Source: an uncultured delta proteobacterium (lineage in GTDB: Bacteria > Desulfobacterota > Binatia > UBA9968). Taken from it: a stretch of 64,000 bases of DNA. The stretch spans positions 160,001-224,000 of the forward strand of contig CAWFJP010000031.1 of the NCBI GenBank assembly GCA_963816145.1. The letters are read 5' to 3'. Every line of letters starts with the position of its first letter. Position 1 is the stretch's first letter. The notes beneath the pieces were generated by a model. It was not told where the DNA came from. It worked only from the letters and a program-made list of their open reading frames with translations, and did not search any database. The position numbers and the translations under genes are program-made. Positions 39,647-49,123 of this stretch are shown here, piece after piece.

Positions 39647-40831
39647 ATGTCGCAGACCATGGAAAGCTTTGACCAGATCGTTGTCGGCTTGGGCGCTATG
39701 GGCAGCGCCAGTGTCTATCAATTGGCAAAGCGGCACAATCGAGTTCTCGGCATTGACCAATTCTCCGTGCCCCATGACCGCGGTTCAACCCATGGCGAGA
39801 GCCGCATCATTCGCCAAGCGATCGGCGAAGGCGAACAGTATGTGCCGCTGGTGCTTCGTTCCTACGAATTGTGGCGCGAGCTCGAAAAAGAAATAGGCCA
39901 GACAGTTCTGACAATCACCGGCGGCCTGATCTTGGAACCGGCGAAAAGCGCGGTCCTCGCTCAGGGGCGCCATAATTTTTTGGCGCAAACCATCGGCTGC
40001 GCAAAGAAGTTCAACATCCGTCACAGCATTCTCGAAACCAAAGAGATCAGAAAGCGCTTCCCTCAATTCGTCCTGACGGATGAGGTCGGCTACTACGAAT
40101 ACGAAACCGGCTATTTACGGCCCGAGCTGTGCGTGCGGGCGCAGCTGCAGCTTGCCAAAAACTACGGCGCAATCCTTCGGCTGAATGAAAAGGTTATCTC
40201 CATTAGCCCGCATGGCAACTCTGCCATCACCGTCGTGACCGACCGCTCAACCTATACGGCGGAAAAACTGGTCCTATCGGCAGGGGCGTGGTTAGCCGGT
40301 TTCTTGCCGCCTGAGCACGGCGAGATTTTCAAGATTTATCGGCAGGTCATGCATTGGTTCCGAATCGAAGACGGCTTGCAAGAAGCATTCGCACCGGAGC
40401 GATTTCCTATCTTCATTTGGATTTTCGACAAAGGCGGAGATTTTGCTTTTTACGGGTTCCCAAGCCTCGACGGCGTGACGCTAAAGATAGCCGGTGAACA
40501 ATACCGCGAATCCACCTCGGCGCAGCGCGTTGAACGAACCATCAGCGCGGCAGAAAACGGTTTCGCCTACTCGAGCTATGTGCGCGATCGGTTTCACGGG
40601 CTTACTGCCGTATGCGACCGCGCCGCCACTTGTCTTTACACGACAACGCCGGATTCGCATTTCGTGATCGATTTCTACCCTGGCAACGATCGAATCCTCA
40701 TCGTATCGCCTTGCTCCGGCCACGGCTTCAAGCATTCGGCGGCGATCGGCGAGGTGGTTTGTGAACTGGTCACGCTCGGTAAAAGCAAAATCGCAATCGA
40801 TGGATTTCGTCTGGATCGCATCGTCAACTGA
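39647..40831 (+). CDS. solA: N-methyl-L-tryptophan oxidase / monomeric sarcosine oxidase
   Basis: VVGLGAMGS, GSTHGESRIIR, CLYTTTPD, CSGHGFK. Confidence 0.9.
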   Translation: MSQTMESFDQIVVGLGAMGSASVYQLAKRHNRVLGIDQFSVPHDRGSTHGESRIIRQAIGEGEQYVPLVLRSYELWRELEKEIGQTVLTITGGLILEPAKSAVLAQGRHNFLAQTIGCAKKFNIRHSILETKEIRKRFPQFVLTDEVGYYEYETGYLRPELCVRAQLQLAKNYGAILRLNEKVISISPHGNSAITVVTDRSTYTAEKLVLSAGAWLAGFLPPEHGEIFKIYRQVMHWFRIEDGLQEAFAPERFPIFIWIFDKGGDFAFYGFPSLDGVTLKIAGEQYRESTSAQRVERTISAAENGFAYSSYVRDRFHGLTAVCDRAATCLYTTTPDSHFVIDFYPGNDRILIVSPCSGHGFKHSAAIGEVVCELVTLGKSKIAIDGFRLDRIVN

Positions 40832-40930
40832 AGCGGAACCCTCGAAGCGATTGCAGTGGCGGGATCAGGTCATGCGATGGCACATTCCGGTCGTTTGCCC
40901 CACGATTGTTAGAAAAGCTTCAAAATCTTG

Positions 40931-41090
40931 GTTTAGGCCCTTCAATCTTAACAATCGTTCAGGTTCTCGGTTCCACAACATCTTGCCGGCGATGGCCGCG
41001 CCCTCGCGCAGCACCCATAACTTCGCCCAAGCAATCTGCGGCTGTACGCGCCCGCCGAGGCCGCAGTCGTCAGGTTAACACAAGCCGTCT
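40931..41090 (-). repeat. MetE-II 3'-end repeat, copy 7
   Basis: Reads DCGLGGRVQPQIAWAKLWVLREGAAIAGKMLWN plus the TTCAATCTTAACAATC terminal motif. Confidence 0.85.
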
Positions 41091-41658
41091 CGGTGCCGGG
41101 CTTGCGTCATGACAGGTCTCCAGGGAGTGAAGGTCGTGTTGTGAGAGCACGGCTTCCGACCGCGATGGCGAGCGCGACGACGATCAGAATCGCCGCGAGT
41201 GCGAACGTAGTCCGCAGAAAGTAAAAGATTCCCGCCCCTTTTTTGCGACCTCTCCGGTTTAGCCGGACCGGATCGCGAGTTACACCGAGACGAACGGTTC
41301 TCGTGTGGTGGGGTGATTCGGTTTTTCCGTGTCATGATTGTAGTTCTCGCATTCAGTCGGTCTTCACATTTCGAATAACCGCTAGATGCGCAATTGCAGT
41401 GCCAGCCGTTAGACTGAACGCAATCGCTACGTGTGAAGCCGTTGACGCACCCGTCGACATTCTAGTGAGGCATTTTGGCGTGCGCTTTGACCGCTTCGCT
41501 ACAACCCACCGTCCGGTTTCATGGCAATCCGGGGTCGTTGTTGCGGGCTTTTGCGGCAGAGTCTGAGTTGGCGTGAATTTTGTAACGGCTATGCTTGTTC
41601 GCAAACGATCGGGAGGTTGTATCGAAAGGAGCGCCGATTACCGGGCGGAAGTGCCAAG

Positions 41659-42171
41659 ATGGATAAGAAAAACCGCCAAGGACTGTGGAGCCGAAGAGAT
41701 TTTTTCACGCGCATCGGGTGGGGAAGTTTTGGGCTATTTGGCTTTATGGCGCTGGTTGGCTTTATTCGCGCCGCTTTCCCGAGAGTGCTTTTCCAGCCGC
41801 CGTCATTGTTCAAGGCTGGGTTTCCCGCAGAATACGCGGTCGGCGAAGTGAACGACAAATATATACAAGAACAACGAGTGTGGATTATTCGCGAGGACGA
41901 GGGGATTTACGCACTGTTCGCGAAGTGCACCCATTTAGGCTGCACGCCGCGTTGGCTGGCCGTGGAAGATAAATTCAAGTGTCCTTGCCACGGCAGCGGC
42001 TTTTATCGATCGGGCATGAATTTCGAGGGACCGGCGCCGCGACCGTTGGACCGCTTCAGAATCTCCATCGGCGAGGATGGCCAGCTAGTGGTGGATAAGA
42101 GCAAGGTGTTCAAGATGGCGGCCGGTATCGACCCCGAAGATCAGTATCCTGACAGCGTGCTGAAGGCTTGA
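41659..42171 (+). CDS. Rieske 2Fe-2S protein, cytochrome bc/b6f iron-sulfur subunit type
   Basis: Tat SRRDFF plus TM helix; CTHLGC, CPCHGS, GPAPRPL. Confidence 0.9.
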   Translation: MDKKNRQGLWSRRDFFTRIGWGSFGLFGFMALVGFIRAAFPRVLFQPPSLFKAGFPAEYAVGEVNDKYIQEQRVWIIREDEGIYALFAKCTHLGCTPRWLAVEDKFKCPCHGSGFYRSGMNFEGPAPRPLDRFRISIGEDGQLVVDKSKVFKMAAGIDPEDQYPDSVLKA

Positions 42172-42199
42172 GCCATGCTCCTCCGATGCGGTCTATCGT

Positions 42200-42272
42200 C
42201 AGAAACTTGGGCGTGAAGCGACAATGCATTCGCGCGGTCGTCCAAAGCGAAAGTAACAAGACTCCCGACCGC
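42200..42272 (+). pseudogene. Short RAYT 3'-end remnant
   Basis: AGAAACTTGGGC.TGAAGCGAC.ATGCATTCGCGCGG.CGTCCAAAGCGAAAGTAA.AAGACTCCCGACC matches 32645-32713. Confidence 0.8.
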
Positions 42273-42300
42273 TTTTTCGACCCCCCGAGTTTCATTCGTT

Positions 42301-42866
42301 TCATCGGATTGGTTGCCATCCTGCCGCTTTTAGCTGCGCATAGTTTCGTCTCGTGATGCTGTAATCGAACAACGCCGAAAAATTAGGACGATCGGCGGCT
42401 GCGACTTTCGTCGGCTCGGCGCGAGTCGCGACTTCGTCTTTCAAAACGTCATCGGGCAGCGACCCGTCTTCGGTCATGCTCGCTTTGGTAACTTCGTAAT
42501 CGATCTTGAGGGCTGCTAGAGGCGAAGGATCGCGCTTACCATGACGACCTTCACCGGGTCGCCGCGCACCGCGGCACTCACCGCCGAACTTGCCGAACTG
42601 CTGAATTGAAACTGTCCCGACAATAGACCCGGAGTCGCCACGCCGCCGGGAGCGCGGATAACTTCGATATTGAGCCCTTCTTCGCGAAAGTAACCTTTGT
42701 CCATTGCGCAAATATGATCCATATAAGCGGCGCTGAGCGTCGCATAAGATACTCGAATGTTGTCGGTTGCGCGCGCAACTGATGTAGTTGATATGCTCGT
42801 CAGGAAAATCGCAAGGCAGGCCCATCTTTGGGTTGGAGAAATTGCATGGAACAAAAATACCTTCAT
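42301..42866 (-). pseudogene. NitT/TauT SBP gene with large internal deletion and frameshift
   Basis: N-terminus (DKGYFREEGLNIEV) joined out of frame near 42515 to a C-terminus (LFDYSITRR...GWQPIR). Confidence 0.75.
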
Positions 42867-42932
42867 TCGATACCAACAGGGTTACGGCGCGTGGATCGCT
42901 ACCTGCTCAGGCGAACGAATACTATGGTTCTT

Positions 42933-43970
42933 TCACTTTGGCAGGAAATCGTTGGTCGCGATGTCCGTGAGGGTCGGTCGCTTTTTCAAGATCCCCGCCA
43001 CCTCCATGACGTCGGCGACGGCTTTCAACGCCCGTTCCGTCATCCGCCCATCGCGGCTGTAGGCCGGCACCGTTGCCTTGATCCCGGTCATGAGTGCGTC
43101 GCGCGGGATCGCGCCCATCGAGGGCTGGAGGGCGTCGGCGATCTCCTCGGGTTTCGCGGCGAGAGCCCACTGGTTGGCGCGGACTAGCGCCCGCACCAGC
43201 TTGCGCACAAGCTCGGGATCCTTCTGGATCACGTCGGGCCGGGTGACAAAGACCTGCTGAAGGTACTCCGCGAGCGCCGGGTCCTCGCCCCGCGCGTTGT
43301 CAATCAGCAGAATGGCGTAGCCACGCGCCACCGCCGTGTCGGGCAGCGGCGGCGACATGAGCGCGACGTCCACTTTGCGTTGCTCGAGGGCCGCGAGCCA
43401 GGTTAACCCGCTGCCAACCGCAATGACATTGGCGTCCTGCTGCGGCACCAGCCCAGCCTTGCGCAGGGTGTATGCGGCGAGGTTGGCGGTCAGCGAGCCG
43501 GGTTGCGTACTGCCGATCGTAAGCCCGCGGAGCGCTTTCAGCTTGTCGGCGAGTGGTGATTTCTCGGTGATCCCCTTGGCCTGCGCCACGTCTTTATGCA
43601 TCGCCCAGTTGATCAGAGCGCGGGGAATCACGCCCATCACCATGACGAGGCGCCGACCTTCCTGCCAGGGAAGGATGACCTGATCGCTTGCCGTGTAGGT
43701 GAAATCCACGTCCCCGGCGATCAGCGCCTTTATGTCCGGTCCGCCGCCGCTGGTCACATTCAGTTCCACGCTGAGGCCTTCCTGGGCAAAATAGCCCTTG
43801 GCCTCGGCGAGATACACCGGCGCCGTCGTCAGCGCCACCACCGGCAAGGTCATCTTCACCTTGCGCGGCGCCTGGGCGTGGGCGGGCGCGGAGATCAGCA
43901 AGATGAGAATGACGAGCGTGACGAACGCAACGAGCACGCAGGATCGGCTGTTATAAGAAGAAGGTGTCAT
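42933..43970 (-). CDS. ABC transporter solute-binding protein, NitT/TauT family
   Basis: Signal AHA-Q; YLAEAKGYFAQEGLSVEL, ATNDFLPK. Confidence 0.9.
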   Translation of the reverse strand: MTPSSYNSRSCVLVAFVTLVILILLISAPAHAQAPRKVKMTLPVVALTTAPVYLAEAKGYFAQEGLSVELNVTSGGGPDIKALIAGDVDFTYTASDQVILPWQEGRRLVMVMGVIPRALINWAMHKDVAQAKGITEKSPLADKLKALRGLTIGSTQPGSLTANLAAYTLRKAGLVPQQDANVIAVGSGLTWLAALEQRKVDVALMSPPLPDTAVARGYAILLIDNARGEDPALAEYLQQVFVTRPDVIQKDPELVRKLVRALVRANQWALAAKPEEIADALQPSMGAIPRDALMTGIKATVPAYSRDGRMTERALKAVADVMEVAGILKKRPTLTDIATNDFLPK

Positions 43971-44092
43971 AAAAGTATTCTCCAACTGTAATGTTACGAC
44001 GCGGATGAAGCGGCCAGCTCTTTCCGACTCCAACCTCTTGCATAACTCCATTCTTCCATGGCACGCGGATGCTACTGCGCGGATGAAGAGGC

Positions 44093-44325
44093 TGTCAACG
44101 GTATTTTTACGGCCTGTTGTAGCAAAGTGAATCTGACAGGGTCTAATAGCAACGTAATTATGTCAGGGTGGAAGGATGACAACCCTGACGATGAAAGACG
44201 AGAAACGACTGGACGTAATTCAACGAGTGTATCGCAGCGAGCTGACTGTTGAGGCAAGCCCACGATACTGGACTCAGCGAACGGCATTGTTACCGGGTCA
44301 AAGCGCGGGTGAACAAGGTGACATG
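44093..44325 (+). mobile_element. Left end and N-terminal transposase remnant, IS1202/IS481-like
   Basis: TGTCAA terminus; MTTLTMKDEKRLDVIQRVYRSELTV then shifted LGLSERHCYRVKARV HTH. Confidence 0.7.
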
Positions 44326-44406
44326 GGATCACTTTTACATCCAGACTTTCCAGCTTTTAGTTTTGTTCATCCCGCACGGGCGCTTTTGCATTCAACGCCA
44401 ACGCCA

Positions 44407-44543
44407 CTACGGTTCCAATCGGAATCGCCTCCCGGGAGGATACCCGCTTCGAACTTCAATAGTTTTGGGCGCGGGACAGAGACATCGCTGCCGACCTTCT
44501 GGATGTTGATCAGCTCGGTGGGCGTGTCCCAGTCGCTCTTCGA
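44407..44543 (-). pseudogene. 3' fragment of a sixth secreted MTase paralog
   Basis: SKSDWDTPTELINIQKVGSDVSVPRPKLLKFEAG plus the conserved downstream 70 bp (44340-44405). Confidence 0.85.
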
Positions 44544-44650
44544 ATGGCCTAGTATCAGGCTTTGCTTCTTTGACAACACTGTCGTGTATCCAACCTTATC
44601 CCGGTGAGGCGGATGTCCATAAGTTGCCAGCCCCCTTGAGTGCATATGCT

Positions 44651-45475
44651 TCAGTCGCAGTTCTTAAGCTTGGATTCCTGACAGCGGCGTGCCATCTCCT
44701 GCGCGGTTTCAATCTGCTCGGCGGTCATTTTTGACGCGATTCCATCTCGATTCTTTGCCGCCGTATCTCCAGAATCGCCGCCCAATGCTGCGGCAGCGAG
44801 GTTAAACCACATATACGCGCGCACAAAGTCCAGCCGCACGCCTGTGCCATGGGTATACATCACACCCAGATTAACCTGGGCAAATTCGTTTCCCTGCGCA
44901 GCGGCGAGGCGATACCACTTCACGGCTTCCGGAAAATCCTGCGGCACGCCCTGGCCTTTTTCATACGCCACACCCAGACTGTACTCTGCCGGTGCGTATC
45001 CCTGAGCCGCCGCGAGGCGATACCACTTTACAGCCTCGTGAAAATCCTGCGGCACGCCTTGCCCCTCAGCATATATCGAACCCAGCCTCGTCTGCGCCCA
45101 TTCGTCTTCCCGCCCCGCTGCGATGCGATACCACTTCACGGCTTCCTGAAAATCCTGCGGCACGCCTTGCCCTTTCTCATACGCCAGACCGAGGCTGTAC
45201 TGCGCCGGGACATTTCCCTGCGCTGCCGCGAGGCGAAACCACTTTACAGCCTCCTGAAAATCCTGCGGCACGCCTTTCCCCTCTGCATAGATCAAACCGA
45301 GCCGCCGCTGCGCCCATTGGTGTCCCTGCTCGGCAAGCTGGCGAAAGAGTTTCATCGCCTGAACATAGTCGCCGCGCTCGTACGCAACGCTTGCGTCATC
45401 AAAAGGGTTTGCTGCGGCAAAACTACAGCTGCCGAGCAGATAAAGAATGGCGAGCAAATACAGGTTGGTTTTCAT
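44651..45475 (-). CDS. Sel1-like repeat exported protein
   Basis: Signal peptide; five 36-aa repeats G.GVPQDF.EAVKWYRLAA.QG. Confidence 0.92.
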   Translation of the reverse strand: MKTNLYLLAILYLLGSCSFAAANPFDDASVAYERGDYVQAMKLFRQLAEQGHQWAQRRLGLIYAEGKGVPQDFQEAVKWFRLAAAQGNVPAQYSLGLAYEKGQGVPQDFQEAVKWYRIAAGREDEWAQTRLGSIYAEGQGVPQDFHEAVKWYRLAAAQGYAPAEYSLGVAYEKGQGVPQDFPEAVKWYRLAAAQGNEFAQVNLGVMYTHGTGVRLDFVRAYMWFNLAAAALGGDSGDTAAKNRDGIASKMTAEQIETAQEMARRCQESKLKNCD

Positions 45476-45615
45476 GGCGATCCCCATGCCGTTACCGACT
45501 GTGGCTTGCCTGACCGCGACTGTCACACGAATACGCTGTTGACGTCATGAATCCTGGGTCATCGCGTAATCGAGTGGGCACTGACTTAATGGCAAATTAC
45601 TCTCCCATGGCCGGT

Positions 45616-45714
45616 TCCTCCCTTTCGCAAAGGGAGGTTAGGAGGGATTTTTCATGGCTTGAAAGATCGTCTTCTGCACAAAATCCCCCCAACCCCCCTT
45701 TTCTAAAGGGGGGT
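45616..45714. repeat. REP-like compound hairpin
   Basis: CTCCCTTT..AAAGGGAG and CCCCCTTT..AAAGGGGG with AGGGATTT/AAATCCCC arms. Confidence 0.65.
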
Positions 45715-45832
45715 GAAACCTACAAGAACAGCATTTCTCAACAAATTTTACCCACTCGATTACGCGAAGAGCCTGAATCTTAATATTGCTAATTTTTCGG
45801 CTTGCTCTTTATCCGTCCCGGCACGGCGTTGC

Positions 45833-45871
45833 GCATGCGCTTGAAATGCGCCGCGACGTTGGCGAAGCCTG
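45833..45871 (-). pseudogene. Short remnant of the cassette GST near its 3' end
   Basis: GCATGCGCTTGAAATGCGCCGCGACGTTGGCGAAGCCTG is identical to 60409-60447. Confidence 0.8.
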
Positions 45872-45932
45872 CGATTCAACCCCCAAATGCGTGGCGCGGC
45901 CCTGATCCAACTGCGAGCCATGTTGCATTACC

Positions 45933-46844
45933 CTACGGGTCCAATTGGAAGCGCCGCGCGGGAGGATATCCCGCCTCGAACTCCCATAGTTTCAGGTGCG
46001 GGACCGAAACGTTGCTGCAAACCTTCCGAATATTTATCAGCTCGGTGGGCCTTTTCCAGTCGCTCTTCGACTCACAGGTAACTTGCGCGCAGGCGGTCCG
46101 CTTCAGCCAGGAGCAAACTTTCTCGGGGCGGCCGGCGGCATCCTCCAGCTCGGTCAGATACAAGATGCCGAGTTTGTCCTTGCCATCCTCTAAATGCACG
46201 CCTGGCACCAGCGTGTAGAAGGCGCCGCCGATCTCCAGCAACCTCAGCACTCTCTCGACAAACCCGGACAAGTCCTCGGTATAGGAGAAGCCGCCGAACA
46301 CGTCGGTAATGATCTGGAATTTTCCAAGCTCCTCGGGCGAATACTGGCGCAGACGTTTGCCGGAGAGATATCGTACACGGTCATCGCCGAAGCTCGCGGC
46401 CTGGTCTCGCCACCTGTCGGTCCGGCGGTCCTCGATGGACATCGCGACCGCGCGCGCCTTCTCCACGGACCGGCCGCATTTTTGAGCCGGCGCCGCGTCG
46501 ACTGCGGACGCATGGTAGTCCAGTAGGGCCTCGCCGGCGCCCGCTCCGATATCCAGCCATCGGTCGGAGCTGCCAAGCCTGCCGAGCGCGTCGCAGAAGC
46601 CGGAGGGAAGAAGCTCCGCGTAGTCCGAGAGCCCTCGGTTGGTGACGTAGCCGCTAGGCACTTCGGCGCCCCGGCTGCGGTAGATCTTTTCCTGCTTGGT
46701 GAATTCCTCGTCGAGCCGCGGTTGAGCGGGTTCTTGCGGCCAGCCAACTTCCAGCCCAAGCGCCGGCACGACGATGGCGATCACAACGGCCAGGCGCGCT
46801 GCCGCAGCCTTCCATCCTTTCCCCGACGATGTGACTGAACCCAT
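45933..46844 (-). CDS. Secreted SAM-methyltransferase-fold protein, paralog 4
   Basis: WLDIGAGAG; six Cys; preceded by TTTTTCAACGCGAGGAG, the hydrolase 3'-end remnant. Confidence 0.85.
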   Translation of the reverse strand: MGSVTSSGKGWKAAAARLAVVIAIVVPALGLEVGWPQEPAQPRLDEEFTKQEKIYRSRGAEVPSGYVTNRGLSDYAELLPSGFCDALGRLGSSDRWLDIGAGAGEALLDYHASAVDAAPAQKCGRSVEKARAVAMSIEDRRTDRWRDQAASFGDDRVRYLSGKRLRQYSPEELGKFQIITDVFGGFSYTEDLSGFVERVLRLLEIGGAFYTLVPGVHLEDGKDKLGILYLTELEDAAGRPEKVCSWLKRTACAQVTCESKSDWKRPTELINIRKVCSNVSVPHLKLWEFEAGYPPARRFQLDP

Positions 46845-47002
46845 GACGATTACTTACTCCTCGCGTTGAAAAACGTCGATAACGAAACGTTGTTGACGAA
46901 GTGGACTAGCGCTGTTCAGCGGCCATTTCCCGGTCGCAGGTCAACGGTGGCGGAATTTGTCCCGTTGGTCAACAATGCAACCTTCCACGCGCACAATCTC
47001 CG

Positions 47003-47075
47003 ATCTTTGCGGCCTTTGCGTCTTTGCGGGAGATACTCCGAAATTCGCTTGCGCGTCTGTCGCGCCGGTTTGTTG
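47003..47075. repeat. CTTTGCG-rich intergenic repeat, inverted relative of 62572-62640
   Basis: CTTTGCGGCCTTTGCGTCTTTGCGGGAGATACTCCGAAATTCGCTTGCG. Confidence 0.75.
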
Positions 47076-47160
47076 CGTCGCCGCGGTGAAACAGAAATTT
47101 GCGATTACCCCGCGATAGGGTGTTCACGTTCCACGTTTACGACTCGCGTTTTCTCACCGC

Positions 47161-48839
47161 TTACTTTGGCGCAGCCGCTTTGCGCCGGCCGATGGCGGCC
47201 TCGGCTCGCGGGCTGATCGCGCGCTCCACCGCGACGTTCAGCAGCGCCGGCTTGTTGGCGGCGAGCGCGCGCTCCAACGACGGCTTTAGATCGTCGGGAC
47301 GCTCGACAAACTCGCCGTAACCGCCAAGGCCTTGCACCACCTGATCGTAACGGCTTTGACGCAGATCGGTGGCGACGGCGCGACCGTAGAGACCGAGCTG
47401 GATTTGCCGGTCGATGCCCCACGCCGAATCGTTGCCGATGATCGCGACGATATTCAGTCCATGGCGCACGGCGGTGTCGAATTCCATGCCGTTAAAGCCA
47501 AAAGCGCCGTCGCCGGTGAGCATGAAGACGCGCGAATTCGGATAAGCGACCTTGGCCGCCAGCGCGGTGGGCAACGAGGATCCCAACATGCCGAGGCTGG
47601 AAACGTTGAACCAGCGCTTCGGTTTGACCGCCGGGAGATAAGACCTGCCGAAATGACAAAAATCGCCGCCATCGAACACCAGACAGTCGTCGGGGCGGAG
47701 TATGGATTTTAGCGTCTTGTGGACGAAGAGCGCGTGCATCGGCGTGTTGGGCTGCGCGAGCTTTTCCGCCCACTCGGCCTGGGCCGCCGCGCGGCGCGCA
47801 GTTCCTCCAGCCACGGGAGATCCTTCCACTGGTAGTTGGCCGCCTCCTGGGTCATCTGCTCCAGGATGCTCGTGACATCGCCTGCCATGCCGACATCGAC
47901 GCCGCGATTGCGGCCGATCTCCAGCGGCGAAGGATCGATCTGAATAATCTTCGCGTTCGCCGCGACATGCGGCGGGCGGCAATAACCGATGATGAAGTCT
48001 TGCTTGCGGCCGAGCAGCACGACCACGTCGGCGTCGCGGACTTTGGCCGCCGCGCGATTCAGGCCGCGCTCGAAGTAGCCGAAGACGTAGGGGTGATCGT
48101 CAGGAACCAGACCGCGCGACTGCTCTTCGGTCACGATCGGCAGGCGCGTCGTTTCGATGAAGCGTTGCATCGCTTCGCCCGAGAGCGTGTAGCCGGCGGC
48201 GCTGCCGGCGATCAGCAGCGGCCGCTGCGCTTGGCGCAAGAGCGCGACCGCCTGCCGCACTTGTTTGGGATCGCCGAGCACGGCGGCATTGGGCCGGTAG
48301 GCATCAGGAGCTATCAACGTCACGTCGTTTTCCTCGACGCTTTGCTCTTGCACGTCGATGGGAATCGTCAAATGCACCGGCCCGCGCCGCCCGCTGAACG
48401 CCAGGCGCATGGCGCGGGCGATGTATTCAGGAATCCTGCGCGCATCCGGAACCATGAACGAACCCTTGCACATGGGTTCGGCCATGCCAACTTGATTGAT
48501 TTCTTGTTGGGCGCCGCGGCCTAAATCATGGGTGTCTGCGCAACCGGCGATGGAAATCACCGGGCCCTCGGTGTGCATCGCATTGGTGAGGCCGGGAATT
48601 GCGTTGGCGAATCCCGGCGTGGTGTACATGCAGACGCCGGGCTGCTCGGTGATGCGGCTCCAGGCATCCGCCATGTGGACGGCGGCTTGCTCATGACGGG
48701 TGTCGAGGACGCGAAAGTCCTGATCCGCCATCACGTCCAATACCGGCAGTATGTGATCGCCCGCCAGAGCGAAGATATTTCTGACGCCTTCGAGCTTGAG
48801 CGCTTTGCAGATCAGATGACTTCCCGTGAGTCGGGCCAT
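47161..48839 (-). pseudogene. Thiamine pyrophosphate-dependent enzyme (acetolactate synthase / 2-hydroxyacyl-CoA lyase-like), frameshift near 47790
   Basis: TRHEQAAVHMAD and GPVHLTIP in one frame; GDGAFGF...GNDSAWG in another; may be a sequencing indel. Confidence 0.85.
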
Positions 48840-48881
48840 GTTCGCCTCCTATTGGTCAAAATCCAGCGCTGACGCCTCGAT

Positions 48882-49014
48882 GGGTAATGGTTCAGTTTGA
48901 GTCGGGCGCAAATCTTCATGAGACAGATTTCTCGCTGTGCTCGAAATGACAGCAGAATAGTCGCATTGTCATCTCGAACGAAGTGAGAGATCTCGGTCTA
49001 ACTAAACCACTACG
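48882..49014. mobile_element. MITE family B, copy 2 (inverted)
   Basis: GGTAATGGTTCAGTT...AACTAAACCACTAC; 7-bp flanking direct repeat CCTCGAT. Confidence 0.8.
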
Positions 49015-49123
49015 CCTCGATCCCATCACGCGCAAAAGGCTTTGTGAGACGTCCCGCGTGATTTCGTTTAATACAGCGCCGCAGTGCCAGTCAATGGATG
49101 ATTGTAGCAGCGCGGCCGAAATC

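Noticed and set aside
44059-44073. TGGCACGCGGATGCT as a sigma-54 promoter
   Set aside because: GG-to-GC spacing is one base short, and it points away from the adjacent SBP gene.
44870-45310. Regular 108-bp nucleotide repeats resembling CRISPR
   Set aside because: They are in-frame Sel1 coding repeats.
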